From NCBI GenBank assembly GCA_027491395.1, contig JAOZFI010000039.1, forward strand, positions 32,001-96,000: 64,000 bases of DNA. The letters are read 5' to 3'. A model generated the notes under the pieces. It searched no databases, had not been told where the DNA came from, and worked only from the letters and a program-made list of their open reading frames with translations. The position numbers and the translations under genes were made by a program. The stretch is from Thermoproteota archaeon. GTDB taxonomy: Archaea > Korarchaeota > Korarchaeia > Korarchaeales > Korarchaeaceae. Position 1 is the first letter of the stretch; each line of letters starts with the position of its first letter. Positions 20,042 to 29,239 of this stretch are shown in pieces.

Positions 20042-21427
20042 TCAGAACCACAGCTTCCCAGGATTCATTATGCCGTTGGGATCCAGTAGCTCCTTTATCC
20101 TCCTCACGACCTCTAGGTAGCCCTCGCCCCTGACCGCCTTTATCTCCTCTAGGAAGAGCTCCTTCTTCGCCAAGCCTATGCCATGCTCACCGCTTATCGC
20201 ACCTCCCAGCTCTATGGCAAGTCTTCCTATCTTGACGAACATCTCCTTGGCCTTTCTGAGCTGCTCCCCATCCCTTGGGTCGAAGCATATGGTAGGATGG
20301 AGGTTCCCGTCGCCAGCATGACCGAACACAGGCATTCTCAACCCATATTCTTTTCTCAAATTCTCCAGCTCCCTCAGAGCTATCATGAGCTTGCTCAGCG
20401 GCACGGTTATGTCCTCTAGGAGCACGCCCGGATAAGCCCTAGTCACGGCAGCGTAGGCCCCCTGCCTTGCCAAGTAGAGCTGCTGCATCTCCTCCGGATT
20501 ATCGCTAGCTCTAGTTCTACCTCCGCTCTCCTTCATGACCTGCTCCACTTCCCCGGCCATCCTCCAGACCGCCTCCCTCGGCCCATCAACGTCAGCCACG
20601 ACCATGGCCTCGGCCACCTCAACACCATATCCTAAGACCTCGTTTACTATCTCTATTGTCTCCTTGTCCAGCAGCTCCAGCATCATCGGGACGTAGCCCC
20701 TCCTCCTTATCTGGGAGATGGCCCTTCCGGCATCTTCAAGCCTGTCGAAGGTCCCCATGACCCTGACGACCTTCTCCGGGAGAGGATATATCTTGAGCCA
20801 GGCCCTCGTTATCACCCCCAACGTCCCCTCGGACCCGATGAAGAGGGAGAGCAGGTCCGGACCCCACCTCCACTTGTAAACGGGCTCCCCTATCCTCAGC
20901 TTCCTTCCTCCCGCTAGGTAGAGCTCCATTGCGAGGACCCAGTTTTTCATCACCCCGAACTTGGCGCCCCTCAGCCCGCCTGCGTTCTCAGCCAGCGCGC
21001 CACCTATGGTGGCCACCCTAGAGCTCGCTGGATCGGGGGGGAAGAAGAAACCGTACTCCCTGCACGCCTTGTCCACCTCCAGAACCGTAGCTCCTGCCTC
21101 AGCCATCACGTAACCGTCATCCACGTTAACTTCCACCCTGTTCATGGGTGTCAGGTCCAAGACGATGGACTCAGGAGTCGTGGGTACGGGAGCTCCGGTG
21201 AGAGAAGTGCCGCTCCCCCTCGGAACCACGGGAACTCGCTCCCTGTCCGCTACCTCCAGCACGACTTTCACGTCCTCCTCGGAGCTGGCTCTCACCACGG
21301 CGCCGGGAGCCTGCTTGAACTCCGTGCTAGCATCCAATGAATAGGCGTACACATCCTCAGGCTCAGTTAGAACCTTCTCCCTTCCTATCCTCTTGGATAT
21401 CTCGGAGATCGCTTCGGAGAATCCCAT
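20042..21427 (-). CDS. glcD: FAD-linked 2-hydroxyacid oxidase (GlcD/D-lactate dehydrogenase family)
   Basis: PRGSGTSL, FPPDPAS, TIGG, GSEGTLG, GHAGDGNLH, GEHGIG, DPNGIMNPGK. Start ATG 21427 after GGTGGTGA. Confidence 0.9.
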   Translation of the reverse strand: MGFSEAISEISKRIGREKVLTEPEDVYAYSLDASTEFKQAPGAVVRASSEEDVKVVLEVADRERVPVVPRGSGTSLTGAPVPTTPESIVLDLTPMNRVEVNVDDGYVMAEAGATVLEVDKACREYGFFFPPDPASSRVATIGGALAENAGGLRGAKFGVMKNWVLAMELYLAGGRKLRIGEPVYKWRWGPDLLSLFIGSEGTLGVITRAWLKIYPLPEKVVRVMGTFDRLEDAGRAISQIRRRGYVPMMLELLDKETIEIVNEVLGYGVEVAEAMVVADVDGPREAVWRMAGEVEQVMKESGGRTRASDNPEEMQQLYLARQGAYAAVTRAYPGVLLEDITVPLSKLMIALRELENLRKEYGLRMPVFGHAGDGNLHPTICFDPRDGEQLRKAKEMFVKIGRLAIELGGAISGEHGIGLAKKELFLEEIKAVRGEGYLEVVRRIKELLDPNGIMNPGKLWF

Positions 21428-21444
21428 GACATCACCACCCATCA

Positions 21445-22836
21445 TCAGGTTACACCGGCCTTCCCGGAGTATATGGCATAGGCCCTGCCATAAACTATGA
21501 GCTCTTGGACATGGAGCCCCACCGGACAGGCTTGGGAGCACTGTCCGCAGAGAACGCACGAGTAGAGCCTATCCAGAACGGCCTTGGGCCTTACAGGATC
21601 ACCCTTCACGAGGGAATTTATCAAGGTCATCCTACCCCTCGCCGACCTGCTCTCCAGCCTGTCCAATGCTTTGGCCGTGGGACACTCCACATTGCAGAAA
21701 CCGCACTTCTTGCATTTGTCCGTCTCCCACTCGAGCATCTCAGCTAGGTCCTTTAGCTCTAGGCTCTTAGGTCTGGGGCTTGACGGGAATACCTTGTACC
21801 TATTGAAGCTCGGTTCCTCCGGCATCGTCTCCTCGATTCCGTTCCTCATAGCCTCGGCTACCAAGGATGCGAGGTCCTCAACGCTGATGTCCAAGCCAAT
21901 AGCATCGAAGCCCGTTCTAAGCATCATTATGCACGCTGGACAGGAGGTGAAGACCATTTGAGCCCCGGTACCCTTCAACTCCTCTATCCTCGCGTAGGAG
22001 ACCTTCCTAGCCAGGGGAGGTTGAGTGAGCTCCAGCCCCCCGTCACCGCTGCATCCGGTATTCACTCCGTGCCTAGGAGGCTCCACGTACTTCACACCAT
22101 CGATCCTGCTGAGGATGAATCTGACCTCGTCCACCACTCCCAGAGTCCTCGCCAAGTAGCAGGGATCGTGGTAGGTGACCTTAACCTCCCTGCCCAGCCT
22201 CAGGCGCACGCCCTTCTTGGCCATCTCCCTCGCGACGACCTCGACGAAGTGCAGGGCCTCCACATCCCACCCCTCGACGAACTCCGGGTAGTATAACCTG
22301 AAGGCCGTCGCAACTATCGGGTCCAGCGTGATCACCCTCCTCACGCCCAGTTCCCTGAACCTCCGGTGGACCCACTCCGCGTGCTCCTTGAACTCCCTCA
22401 GCAGTCCGTAGGTGTGCAGCGCTACGCCTGAGGGAGGTTCGTTCTCGAAAAGGTAGCCGACCTCGATTCCGAGGTTCTTAAGCACGTAAATCGCGTCTCT
22501 CAAACCCCTCTCATATCTCTCGTTGATTCGACCCCACAATACCTTGGCACCAACGGTGTATATCCCGAGCTTCCTCATGATTGGCCCGACCTTTGCTAGG
22601 GAGTTGATGTCCATGAAACCCTCCAGCCTCTTCAAAGCCCTGAAGGCACCCTCCGCGTATCCCATAACCGGGTACATCTCGCCGGCATAAAACACCGTGC
22701 CGTCCACTGGGCCCTTGGGCAGTAATCCCCTAGCCCACCTCGTCCTCTGATCCGCGCCCAATCCCAAGACATCGCCAACGGAAGTGGTATTTTCAGATGC
22801 GAATTTCACTATCTCCGGGACGGCCGTTCCCTTCAC
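21445..22836 (-). CDS. Fe-S protein, GlcF/HdrD family (CCG domains N-terminal, 2x[4Fe-4S] C-terminal)
   Basis: YHDPCYL, CSGDGG, TSCPAC; C-terminal CKKCGFCNVECP and CVLCGQCSQACP. Confidence 0.88.
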   Translation of the reverse strand: MKGTAVPEIVKFASENTTSVGDVLGLGADQRTRWARGLLPKGPVDGTVFYAGEMYPVMGYAEGAFRALKRLEGFMDINSLAKVGPIMRKLGIYTVGAKVLWGRINERYERGLRDAIYVLKNLGIEVGYLFENEPPSGVALHTYGLLREFKEHAEWVHRRFRELGVRRVITLDPIVATAFRLYYPEFVEGWDVEALHFVEVVAREMAKKGVRLRLGREVKVTYHDPCYLARTLGVVDEVRFILSRIDGVKYVEPPRHGVNTGCSGDGGLELTQPPLARKVSYARIEELKGTGAQMVFTSCPACIMMLRTGFDAIGLDISVEDLASLVAEAMRNGIEETMPEEPSFNRYKVFPSSPRPKSLELKDLAEMLEWETDKCKKCGFCNVECPTAKALDRLESRSARGRMTLINSLVKGDPVRPKAVLDRLYSCVLCGQCSQACPVGLHVQELIVYGRAYAIYSGKAGVT

Positions 22837-22939
22837 CCGGGGACTTACTCCCCCCGCTTACTTATTAGTGGAATGGATCCTACCGGAGAATCGTCCGCTT
22901 CCCCGAGATCTTGGATCTCAGCCGAGGGATCCAGATACC

Positions 22940-22947
22940 TTTATAAA
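22940..22947. promoter_or_regulatory. TATA box TTTATAAA (palindromic, between divergent genes)
   Basis: Only AT-rich box in the GC-rich spacer between the Fe-S gene and thrS. Confidence 0.6.
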
Positions 22948-23104
22948 TTGAAGATCGAGTGAAGGCGGAGAGGTGATCTCGCTGAGGGGGGATCGAGAAA
23001 CTTCTCCCACGCCGTGACCCTCTCCTTGATCTCTCATTACTGGGGAGAGACCACATCACCGATCCCTTGAGGCGGGACCATGTCTCCTTGAGGAGGTGTC
23101 TACT

Positions 23105-25039
23105 ATGGTCAAGCTGAGATTGCCAGATGGGAGGGAGCTGGAGGCCAAAATAGGCGAGAGCATACTTGAGCAGATTCCTCCTGAGTCTGGACTCGTGGCT
23201 AAGGTGGACGGCAGGCTCGTGGATCTCACTTGGATTGTTCACGAGGGAGTGGAGACGATAGAGGTGCTGGACTTCAACTCCCCCGAGGGCAGGGAGACCT
23301 ACTGGCACACCTCTTCCCATATACTGGCTCAGGCGGTGAAGAGGCTCTTCCCAGAGGCGAAGCTAGGAATAGGTCCTGCTATAGAGGAGGGCTTCTTCTA
23401 CGACTTCGATCTCGGAGGAAGATCCTTCTCTCCGGAGGATCTGGAGAGGATAGAGGAGGAGATGAGGAGGATAGTGAGAGAGAACCTCCCAGTGGTCAGG
23501 GAGGAGATGGGGAGGGAGGAAGCCATCAAGCTGTTCAGGAGCATGGGCGAGGTATACAAAGTGGAACTCCTCGAGGAGATGGACGAGGATGTGGTCTCGG
23601 TCTACAGGCAGGGAGAGTTCGTGGACCTGTGCAGGGGACCTCATCTCCCCTACACCGGTTATGTGAAGGCCCTCAAGGTACTCCACGCCTCCTCAGCCTA
23701 CTGGAGGGGTGACGAGAGGAACCCGGTGATGCAGAGGGTCTACGGAATATCCTTCCCCACAGAGGAGGAGCTGAAGCGCTACCTGAAGATGAGGGAGGAA
23801 GCTAGGAAGAGGGATCACAGGATCGTAGGCCCGCAACTCGACCTCTTCTCCATGCCCTCCGAATTGATAGGGCCCGGTTTAGTGATCTGGCACCCCAAGG
23901 GGGCCCGAATAAGAAGGGTGATAGAGGATTTCCTAGTAAGGGTCCATCTGAAGTGGGGTTACGAGCTCGTTTACTCACCCCACATAGCCTACACCAACCT
24001 CTGGAGGACCTCAGGTCACCTCAACTATTACAGGGACTTCATGTACGTCTTCGAGAAGGAGGGGATAGAGCACGCAGTCAAGCCCATGAACTGTCCTTTC
24101 CACATACTCGTGTACAAGTCCAAGAGGAGGAGCTACAGGGAACTCCCAATGAGGCTGTTCGAGCTCGGCACAGTGTACAGGTACGAGAGGTCCGGAGTGT
24201 TACACGGCCTGCTCAGGGCTAGGGGGTTCACCCAAGATGACGCCCACATCTTCACGACCCCGGAGAAGCTGGAGGAGGAGATATTCAGGGTCATAGAGCT
24301 GGACGAGTACCTGATGCGATCCTTCGGCTTCGAGGAGTTCAAGGTGGAGATCTCCACGTGGGACCCGAGGCGTCCCGAAGAATACATGGGGAGCGAGGAG
24401 GACTGGATCAGGGCTCAATCAGCTTTGGAAGAGGCGTTAAGGAATAAAGGCTACGAGTATGAGGTGATGGAGGGTGAGGCCGCCTTCTATGGACCCAAGA
24501 TAGATGTGAAGCTCGTGGACTCCATAGGGAGGGAGTGGCAGCTGAGCACCATACAGCTCGACTTCAACCTCCCCAAGAGGTTCAATGTCACTTACGTAGA
24601 CGCCGACGGGAGTGAGAAGACCGTCATTATGATACATAGAGCCCTTCTAGGATCCATAGAGAGGTTCTTCGGCATACTGCTCGAGCACTACGCCGGGAAC
24701 TTCCCCCTCTGGCTAGCCCCAGTTCAGGCGAGGGTATTGCCCGTAGCTGAGAGGCATCTGGACAGGGCGAGGGAGGTTCTAGATCGCCTGCTCAGTGCCG
24801 GAATCAGGGCTGATCTGGATGACGCCAGAGGGACCCTTGGGTACAGGATAAGGGAGAGCGAGCTGGAGAAGGTACCGATCCTCCTAGTGATAGGTGACAG
24901 GGAGGTAGAGTCTGGTAAGGTGGCGGTGAGGCGCAAGGGCAAGGGGAACCTTGGGTCCATGGATCTGGAGGAGTTCCTCAGGGAGTTCACGGAGGAGTTC
25001 TTGCCGCCGGATCTGAGGGGAGGCTCCTCAACTTTTTAG
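23105..25039 (+). CDS. thrS: Threonine--tRNA ligase, full-length bacterial type
   Basis: TGS domain (LPDG), HTSSH and DLCRGPH editing motifs, RDHR, KPMNCP, FTQDDAH, AFYGPK, HRA..GSIERF. SD AGGAGGTG precedes ATG 23105. Confidence 0.97.
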   Translation: MVKLRLPDGRELEAKIGESILEQIPPESGLVAKVDGRLVDLTWIVHEGVETIEVLDFNSPEGRETYWHTSSHILAQAVKRLFPEAKLGIGPAIEEGFFYDFDLGGRSFSPEDLERIEEEMRRIVRENLPVVREEMGREEAIKLFRSMGEVYKVELLEEMDEDVVSVYRQGEFVDLCRGPHLPYTGYVKALKVLHASSAYWRGDERNPVMQRVYGISFPTEEELKRYLKMREEARKRDHRIVGPQLDLFSMPSELIGPGLVIWHPKGARIRRVIEDFLVRVHLKWGYELVYSPHIAYTNLWRTSGHLNYYRDFMYVFEKEGIEHAVKPMNCPFHILVYKSKRRSYRELPMRLFELGTVYRYERSGVLHGLLRARGFTQDDAHIFTTPEKLEEEIFRVIELDEYLMRSFGFEEFKVEISTWDPRRPEEYMGSEEDWIRAQSALEEALRNKGYEYEVMEGEAAFYGPKIDVKLVDSIGREWQLSTIQLDFNLPKRFNVTYVDADGSEKTVIMIHRALLGSIERFFGILLEHYAGNFPLWLAPVQARVLPVAERHLDRAREVLDRLLSAGIRADLDDARGTLGYRIRESELEKVPILLVIGDREVESGKVAVRRKGKGNLGSMDLEEFLREFTEEFLPPDLRGGSSTF

Positions 25040-25061
25040 CTTCTCCCCGCCCCTTCCGTAT

Positions 25062-25607
25062 ATGAGGTTCAAATCCCTGATCCTAGGAGTAGGGGCATTA
25101 GCGGTTCCACTGTTCCTTGTCTTCCTCTCGATAGCCTTTTCCCCTTGGTTTCGGTGGGAGGCTAACGCCCTCAGCGATCTAGGTCACTCCCTAAAGAGCC
25201 CCGTGGCTCCTCTGTTTAACGTGGGCCTCGTCACGGGAGGACTCTTGATGATTCTCTACTCCGTCCTCTACATGATTAGGAAGTACCCCCATACCTCGAA
25301 GCTCATGGCAGCATCTGGCTACTTCCTGATGCTGGTAGGGACCTTTGACGAGGTATACGGGGGGCTCCACTTCCTAGTATCTCTGTTCTTCTTCTTGGGG
25401 ATCGCTATAGCAGCTATAATTTACAGTTACGAGGGGAGGAAGAACTATCCGGTGATTTCCACCGTAGTAATTGCGGTCTCTTGGGCGCTGCAACTGTCCG
25501 GGGCCTGCCCGTGTGGTGAAGCGGTTCCCGAGATGATCTCGATTCTAGTGACCCTTCCGTGGTACTTGGACTCGTTGAGGAATGTGGAGAGGAGTCTTAA
25601 GTGGTAG
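25062..25607 (+). CDS. DUF998-family membrane protein
   Basis: PWF.W..NALSDLG, FNVGL, LVGTFDE, LHFLVS, AVPE. Confidence 0.8.
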   Translation: MRFKSLILGVGALAVPLFLVFLSIAFSPWFRWEANALSDLGHSLKSPVAPLFNVGLVTGGLLMILYSVLYMIRKYPHTSKLMAASGYFLMLVGTFDEVYGGLHFLVSLFFFLGIAIAAIIYSYEGRKNYPVISTVVIAVSWALQLSGACPCGEAVPEMISILVTLPWYLDSLRNVERSLKW

Positions 25608-25611
25608 TGGG

Positions 25612-26766
25612 GTGGTGGATACGGAACTGCGGCGGAGAGAGGTCTACAAAGCGATTATCTTGTTTGGACTCGTGAGCCTAGTGGGGGATGTGATCTATGA
25701 AGGGGCTAGGGCGGTAGCCCCATCCTATTTGGGAGCTTTAGGTGCTACCGCCCTAGTGGTGGGACTGGTCTTCGGCGTCTCCGAGTTCGTTGGACTGTCC
25801 CTGAGGCTTGTCAGTGGTGTGTTGGCCGACATCACGGGCGCTTACTGGGCCCTCTATCTACTAGGCTACGGCCTGATAGTGTCGATACCCCTCCTCGGCC
25901 TGACCAACCTGTGGCCCGTGGCCGTGGCCCTGATCTTCGCTGAAAGGGTCGCTAAGGGACTCAGATCTCCAGCGAGGGATGTCCTAATCTCTGCAGTGTC
26001 CAAGGGTGTTGGCGCCGGGAAGGCGTTCGGCTTGCACGAACTCATGGATCAGGTAGGTGCCATCGCTGGACCGGCGCTGCTGGGCACGATTTTATTCCTC
26101 CGACCCAACGACTACTCCTCGGCCTTCCTCTCGCTCCTGATCCCTTATCTCGTCCTGTTAACCTCGATCCTCTACATCTACTACAGGTTCAGGGCCGTGA
26201 TCCCCTCGGGGAGGAGGACCAAGTTCAGCCTATCTGACCTCCCGACTAACTTCTGGATATACACGCTGGCGGTCTTCCTGAACACGGCCGGTCTGATTCA
26301 TGTCTCTCTAATTGTGCTTACCTCCAGCGAGGCCTTTTCCCCTTGGATGGCCGCCTACCTCTATGTACTCATGCAGGCGGTGGATGCGATCTCCGCTCCG
26401 CTGGCGGGTCTCGCCTACGACAGGATGGGGAGGAAGGTGCTGTACCTGCCGTTCCTGCTCTCCCCGATACCATCCATAGCCACCCTGATGGGAGGAAGCA
26501 ACGTGATCTTGGCGGTGATCTTCTTCGGAGTGATATACGGGATGCAGGAGTCCATCTACAGAGCAGCAGTATCAGATCTAGTCTCAATGGAGGTGAGAGG
26601 AACGGCTTACGGTATGTTCAACACAGCCTACGGTCTCGGTTTTCTGGTGAGCGGCTCACTCTTCGGGTACTTCCTCTACACCGGGGATGTGCTCTCGGGT
26701 ACACTTTTCTCCGTTGCCGCGCAGATTGTAGCGGTAATCGCCCTCTACAGGTCTCTACTCGATTGA
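25612..26766 (+). CDS. MFS transporter
   Basis: SLVGDVIYEGAR, ERVAKGLRSPARD, GKAFGLHELMDQVGA, RGTAYGMF; about 12 TM helices. Confidence 0.9.
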   Translation: MVDTELRRREVYKAIILFGLVSLVGDVIYEGARAVAPSYLGALGATALVVGLVFGVSEFVGLSLRLVSGVLADITGAYWALYLLGYGLIVSIPLLGLTNLWPVAVALIFAERVAKGLRSPARDVLISAVSKGVGAGKAFGLHELMDQVGAIAGPALLGTILFLRPNDYSSAFLSLLIPYLVLLTSILYIYYRFRAVIPSGRRTKFSLSDLPTNFWIYTLAVFLNTAGLIHVSLIVLTSSEAFSPWMAAYLYVLMQAVDAISAPLAGLAYDRMGRKVLYLPFLLSPIPSIATLMGGSNVILAVIFFGVIYGMQESIYRAAVSDLVSMEVRGTAYGMFNTAYGLGFLVSGSLFGYFLYTGDVLSGTLFSVAAQIVAVIALYRSLLD

Positions 26767-27657
26767 GATCCCCACCCCCTCTAATACCTCTCTTATCTTT
26801 GCCCTAACCTCGGCGGATTCTACCATGAGAGGGGGCCTGCACACCTCCTTCACCGGAGCTCCTAGTATCGACAGGGCAGTCTTTATCGCGGTCGGGAACG
26901 AGGATGCGAAGTCATATATCCTAGCAAGACTCGCGAGCTTTCTGAACCCTTCCACGGCGCCTTTGAGATCTCCTGAGAGCCACGACCGGTGTATCGACAG
27001 GTGGATCTCGGGGGCAACGTTGGCTAGGGCCATGATCCCGCCGTCCCCTCCTAGAGCTAGGGTGTTGAGCAAGTGGTCATCCATCCCGGTCATCACCGAG
27101 AAGTCCGGCCTGACGGATTTTACCCTGACCACGAGATTTCGCATGTATGAGACGCTGTCCTTTGTCACCTTCGCGCCTACCACGTTGGGGAACTCCTCAG
27201 CAAGCCTGACGTAGACGCTCACTGGGATGTCGTTCCCAGTTAGGGACGGTATGTTGTATATGATGAGCGGTAGATCCAAGGAGTTGGCTATCCTGCTGAA
27301 GTGGTGAAGAAGCCAGTCCTCCTTAAGCTTGAAGAAGTAAGGGGGCATCACCACGGCACCGTCTGCTCCTAGATCTTTCATCTCCCTACCGAGCGAAATG
27401 GCCTCCTCTGTATAATTTGAGCTTATTCCAGGAAGTATCTTGGGTCCCTCAACAGCATCCAGACTTATCTTCACTATGTCGAGCATCTCGTCCCTTCTCA
27501 GGTGAACGAATTCCCCTGTAGTCGAGTTGACGAAGATGCCGTCAACTCCTTTCTCACTTAGGAATGAAACGAGCCATCTCAGGGCCTCTTCATCGATGGA
27601 AAGGTCCTCATTGAAGGGGGTTATCATCGGAACTATTACTCCGGAAAATCCCTTCAT
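26755..27657 (-). CDS. DapA/NanA/KDG-aldolase family Schiff-base aldolase
   Basis: ITPF, NSTTGE, PPYF, YNIP, Schiff-base Lys in GAKVT. Confidence 0.9.
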   Translation of the reverse strand: MKGFSGVIVPMITPFNEDLSIDEEALRWLVSFLSEKGVDGIFVNSTTGEFVHLRRDEMLDIVKISLDAVEGPKILPGISSNYTEEAISLGREMKDLGADGAVVMPPYFFKLKEDWLLHHFSRIANSLDLPLIIYNIPSLTGNDIPVSVYVRLAEEFPNVVGAKVTKDSVSYMRNLVVRVKSVRPDFSVMTGMDDHLLNTLALGGDGGIMALANVAPEIHLSIHRSWLSGDLKGAVEGFRKLASLARIYDFASSFPTAIKTALSILGAPVKEVCRPPLMVESAEVRAKIREVLEGVGISIE

Positions 27658-27689
27658 ATGAATGAGAGGGGGAGGAGATCATATAATCC

Positions 27690-27890
27690 CTAGGTGGTGA
27701 GGGACCTCTGCAGTCCCTGAACGTACTTGGCAAGGAGGTAGGCCATGGCCAAGTTAGTGGTGGCCATGAGTATGCCGACCCCTCCGTCGAATCCCATCAG
27801 GGTCAGCACCAGCCCTACATGGTAGGCGAGGGCGTTGCCCACCATCAATCCGAAGGTCCTCAAGGCCACCACCCCAGATCCCTCCATCAA
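27690..27890 (-). CDS. Small membrane protein
   Basis: 65-66 aa with two hydrophobic helices; TTTATAA immediately upstream on the minus strand. Confidence 0.55.
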   Translation of the reverse strand: MMEGSGVVALRTFGLMVGNALAYHVGLVLTLMGFDGGVGILMATTNLAMAYLLAKYVQGLQRSLTT

Positions 27891-28065
27891 CGTTATAAAT
27901 GCAAATCGCTTGATATCGTTTCATAACGTTTCAATAGGATCGTAAGGACCCTTCCAACTATTTCAGTTCGGTAGGAGGGAGAACTATGGGTAATTCCATG
28001 GGAGAAGATCATTTGGTGGAAGGTGAAGACTTTTGAGATCAGGGAGTAAGGTAACTGGAGTTAAC

Positions 28066-29154
28066 ATGAGAGTGTATTTGGACAACGAACTCTCACCTAG
28101 GCCCCCGGACGAGGTCGTAGAGTCCCTCATCCCCTTCTTCAATAAGAAGGCCTACGGATCCCCAAAGGTACCACATGAACCCGGTCTGGAGGCTTATCAG
28201 TTCATCCAAGAGGTGCTGGAGTACCTGAGCTCCCTGCTAGACTCCGATGGCGATTTCACGATTGTAGGGAGCGGGACAGAAGCCAATAATCTAGCCTTGA
28301 GGGGCATCATCAGGTTCCTCAGTAAGAGGGGTAATCTGGTGACTAGTTCGGTTGAGCACAGGAGCGTGCTCGGTCCCCTAGAGGACCTATCCCAAATACT
28401 TGAGGTGAGGATGGCTCCAGTCGATGAGGACGGTCATGTAAGGGTTGAGGAGCTCGAGAGGCTAATTGATAGAGAGACAATTCTGGTCAGCGTCCAGATG
28501 GTGAATCAGGAGACTGGAGCGATCCACGATCTGGATGCGATCTCTGACATAACTAGGGATAAAGGAGTTTTCCTGCACGTGGATGCCTGCGATGCCTTGG
28601 GGAGACTGCACATAGATCTATCCAAGGTGGACCTCCTCTCCTTAAGTGGAAGCAAGATCTACGGCCCCAGAGGAGTCGGTCTCCTTTACGTCAGGGAGGA
28701 CTTGGATCTGGAGCCTATAATGTCGGGAAGCACTGGGATACAACTGCTAACTCCTGTCGATGTAAATATACCTGCTTTGGCGGGTTTCTACAAGGCCTTA
28801 CAGCTGTTCGGATCCCCCGAAAAATGGGGGGAGGTGAAGAGGATGAGGGACAGGATATCTAGGGAGCTGGAGGGTACAGGTGTGGTAATGAATAGTCCAC
28901 CGGACTCGATTGACACTATTAACTTTTCAGTGAGGGAGGGAGCCGGAGCCCTCATACTAGAGGCGAGTACACGCGGACTCTACCTGTCTCAGGGCACCTC
29001 CGAGCCAGTGAGCTACGTGCTCACCGCCATGGGGAGGGCTAGGAAGCTAGCCGCTAACGGCCTCGTGTTAAAGCTTCATCCATATATGAGGTGGGAGGAG
29101 GTCGAATTCACGATTGAAGTATTGAGCGACTTGCTGGGTGAGAAGAAAGCGTGA
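28066..29154 (+). CDS. Class V PLP enzyme, IscS/NifS-like, lacking the catalytic Cys
   Basis: VYLDN, SGTEANN, VEH.SV, VNQETG, HVDA, SGSKIYGPRG; the SxGSAC loop is replaced by SQGTSEP. Confidence 0.85.
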   Translation: MRVYLDNELSPRPPDEVVESLIPFFNKKAYGSPKVPHEPGLEAYQFIQEVLEYLSSLLDSDGDFTIVGSGTEANNLALRGIIRFLSKRGNLVTSSVEHRSVLGPLEDLSQILEVRMAPVDEDGHVRVEELERLIDRETILVSVQMVNQETGAIHDLDAISDITRDKGVFLHVDACDALGRLHIDLSKVDLLSLSGSKIYGPRGVGLLYVREDLDLEPIMSGSTGIQLLTPVDVNIPALAGFYKALQLFGSPEKWGEVKRMRDRISRELEGTGVVMNSPPDSIDTINFSVREGAGALILEASTRGLYLSQGTSEPVSYVLTAMGRARKLAANGLVLKLHPYMRWEEVEFTIEVLSDLLGEKKA

Positions 29155-29203
29155 AGAGGACGAGTTCTCACGGATCATTTCACATATGAAAAAAGGAAAC
29201 TAT

Positions 29204-29220
29204 TTCAAATATACTTTGAA
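29204..29220. promoter_or_regulatory. Inverted repeat TTCAAA-N5-TTTGAA upstream of the malic enzyme gene
   Basis: Read directly from the sequence; a second repeat, TTTCA-N4-TGAAA, lies just upstream. Confidence 0.35.
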
Positions 29221-29239
29221 CTGAACCATGGTGCCCCAT

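Noticed and set aside
22880-23320. 146-aa minus-strand ORF across the thrS leader
   Set aside because: Antisense to thrS, spans the TATA box, and has no protein-like features.
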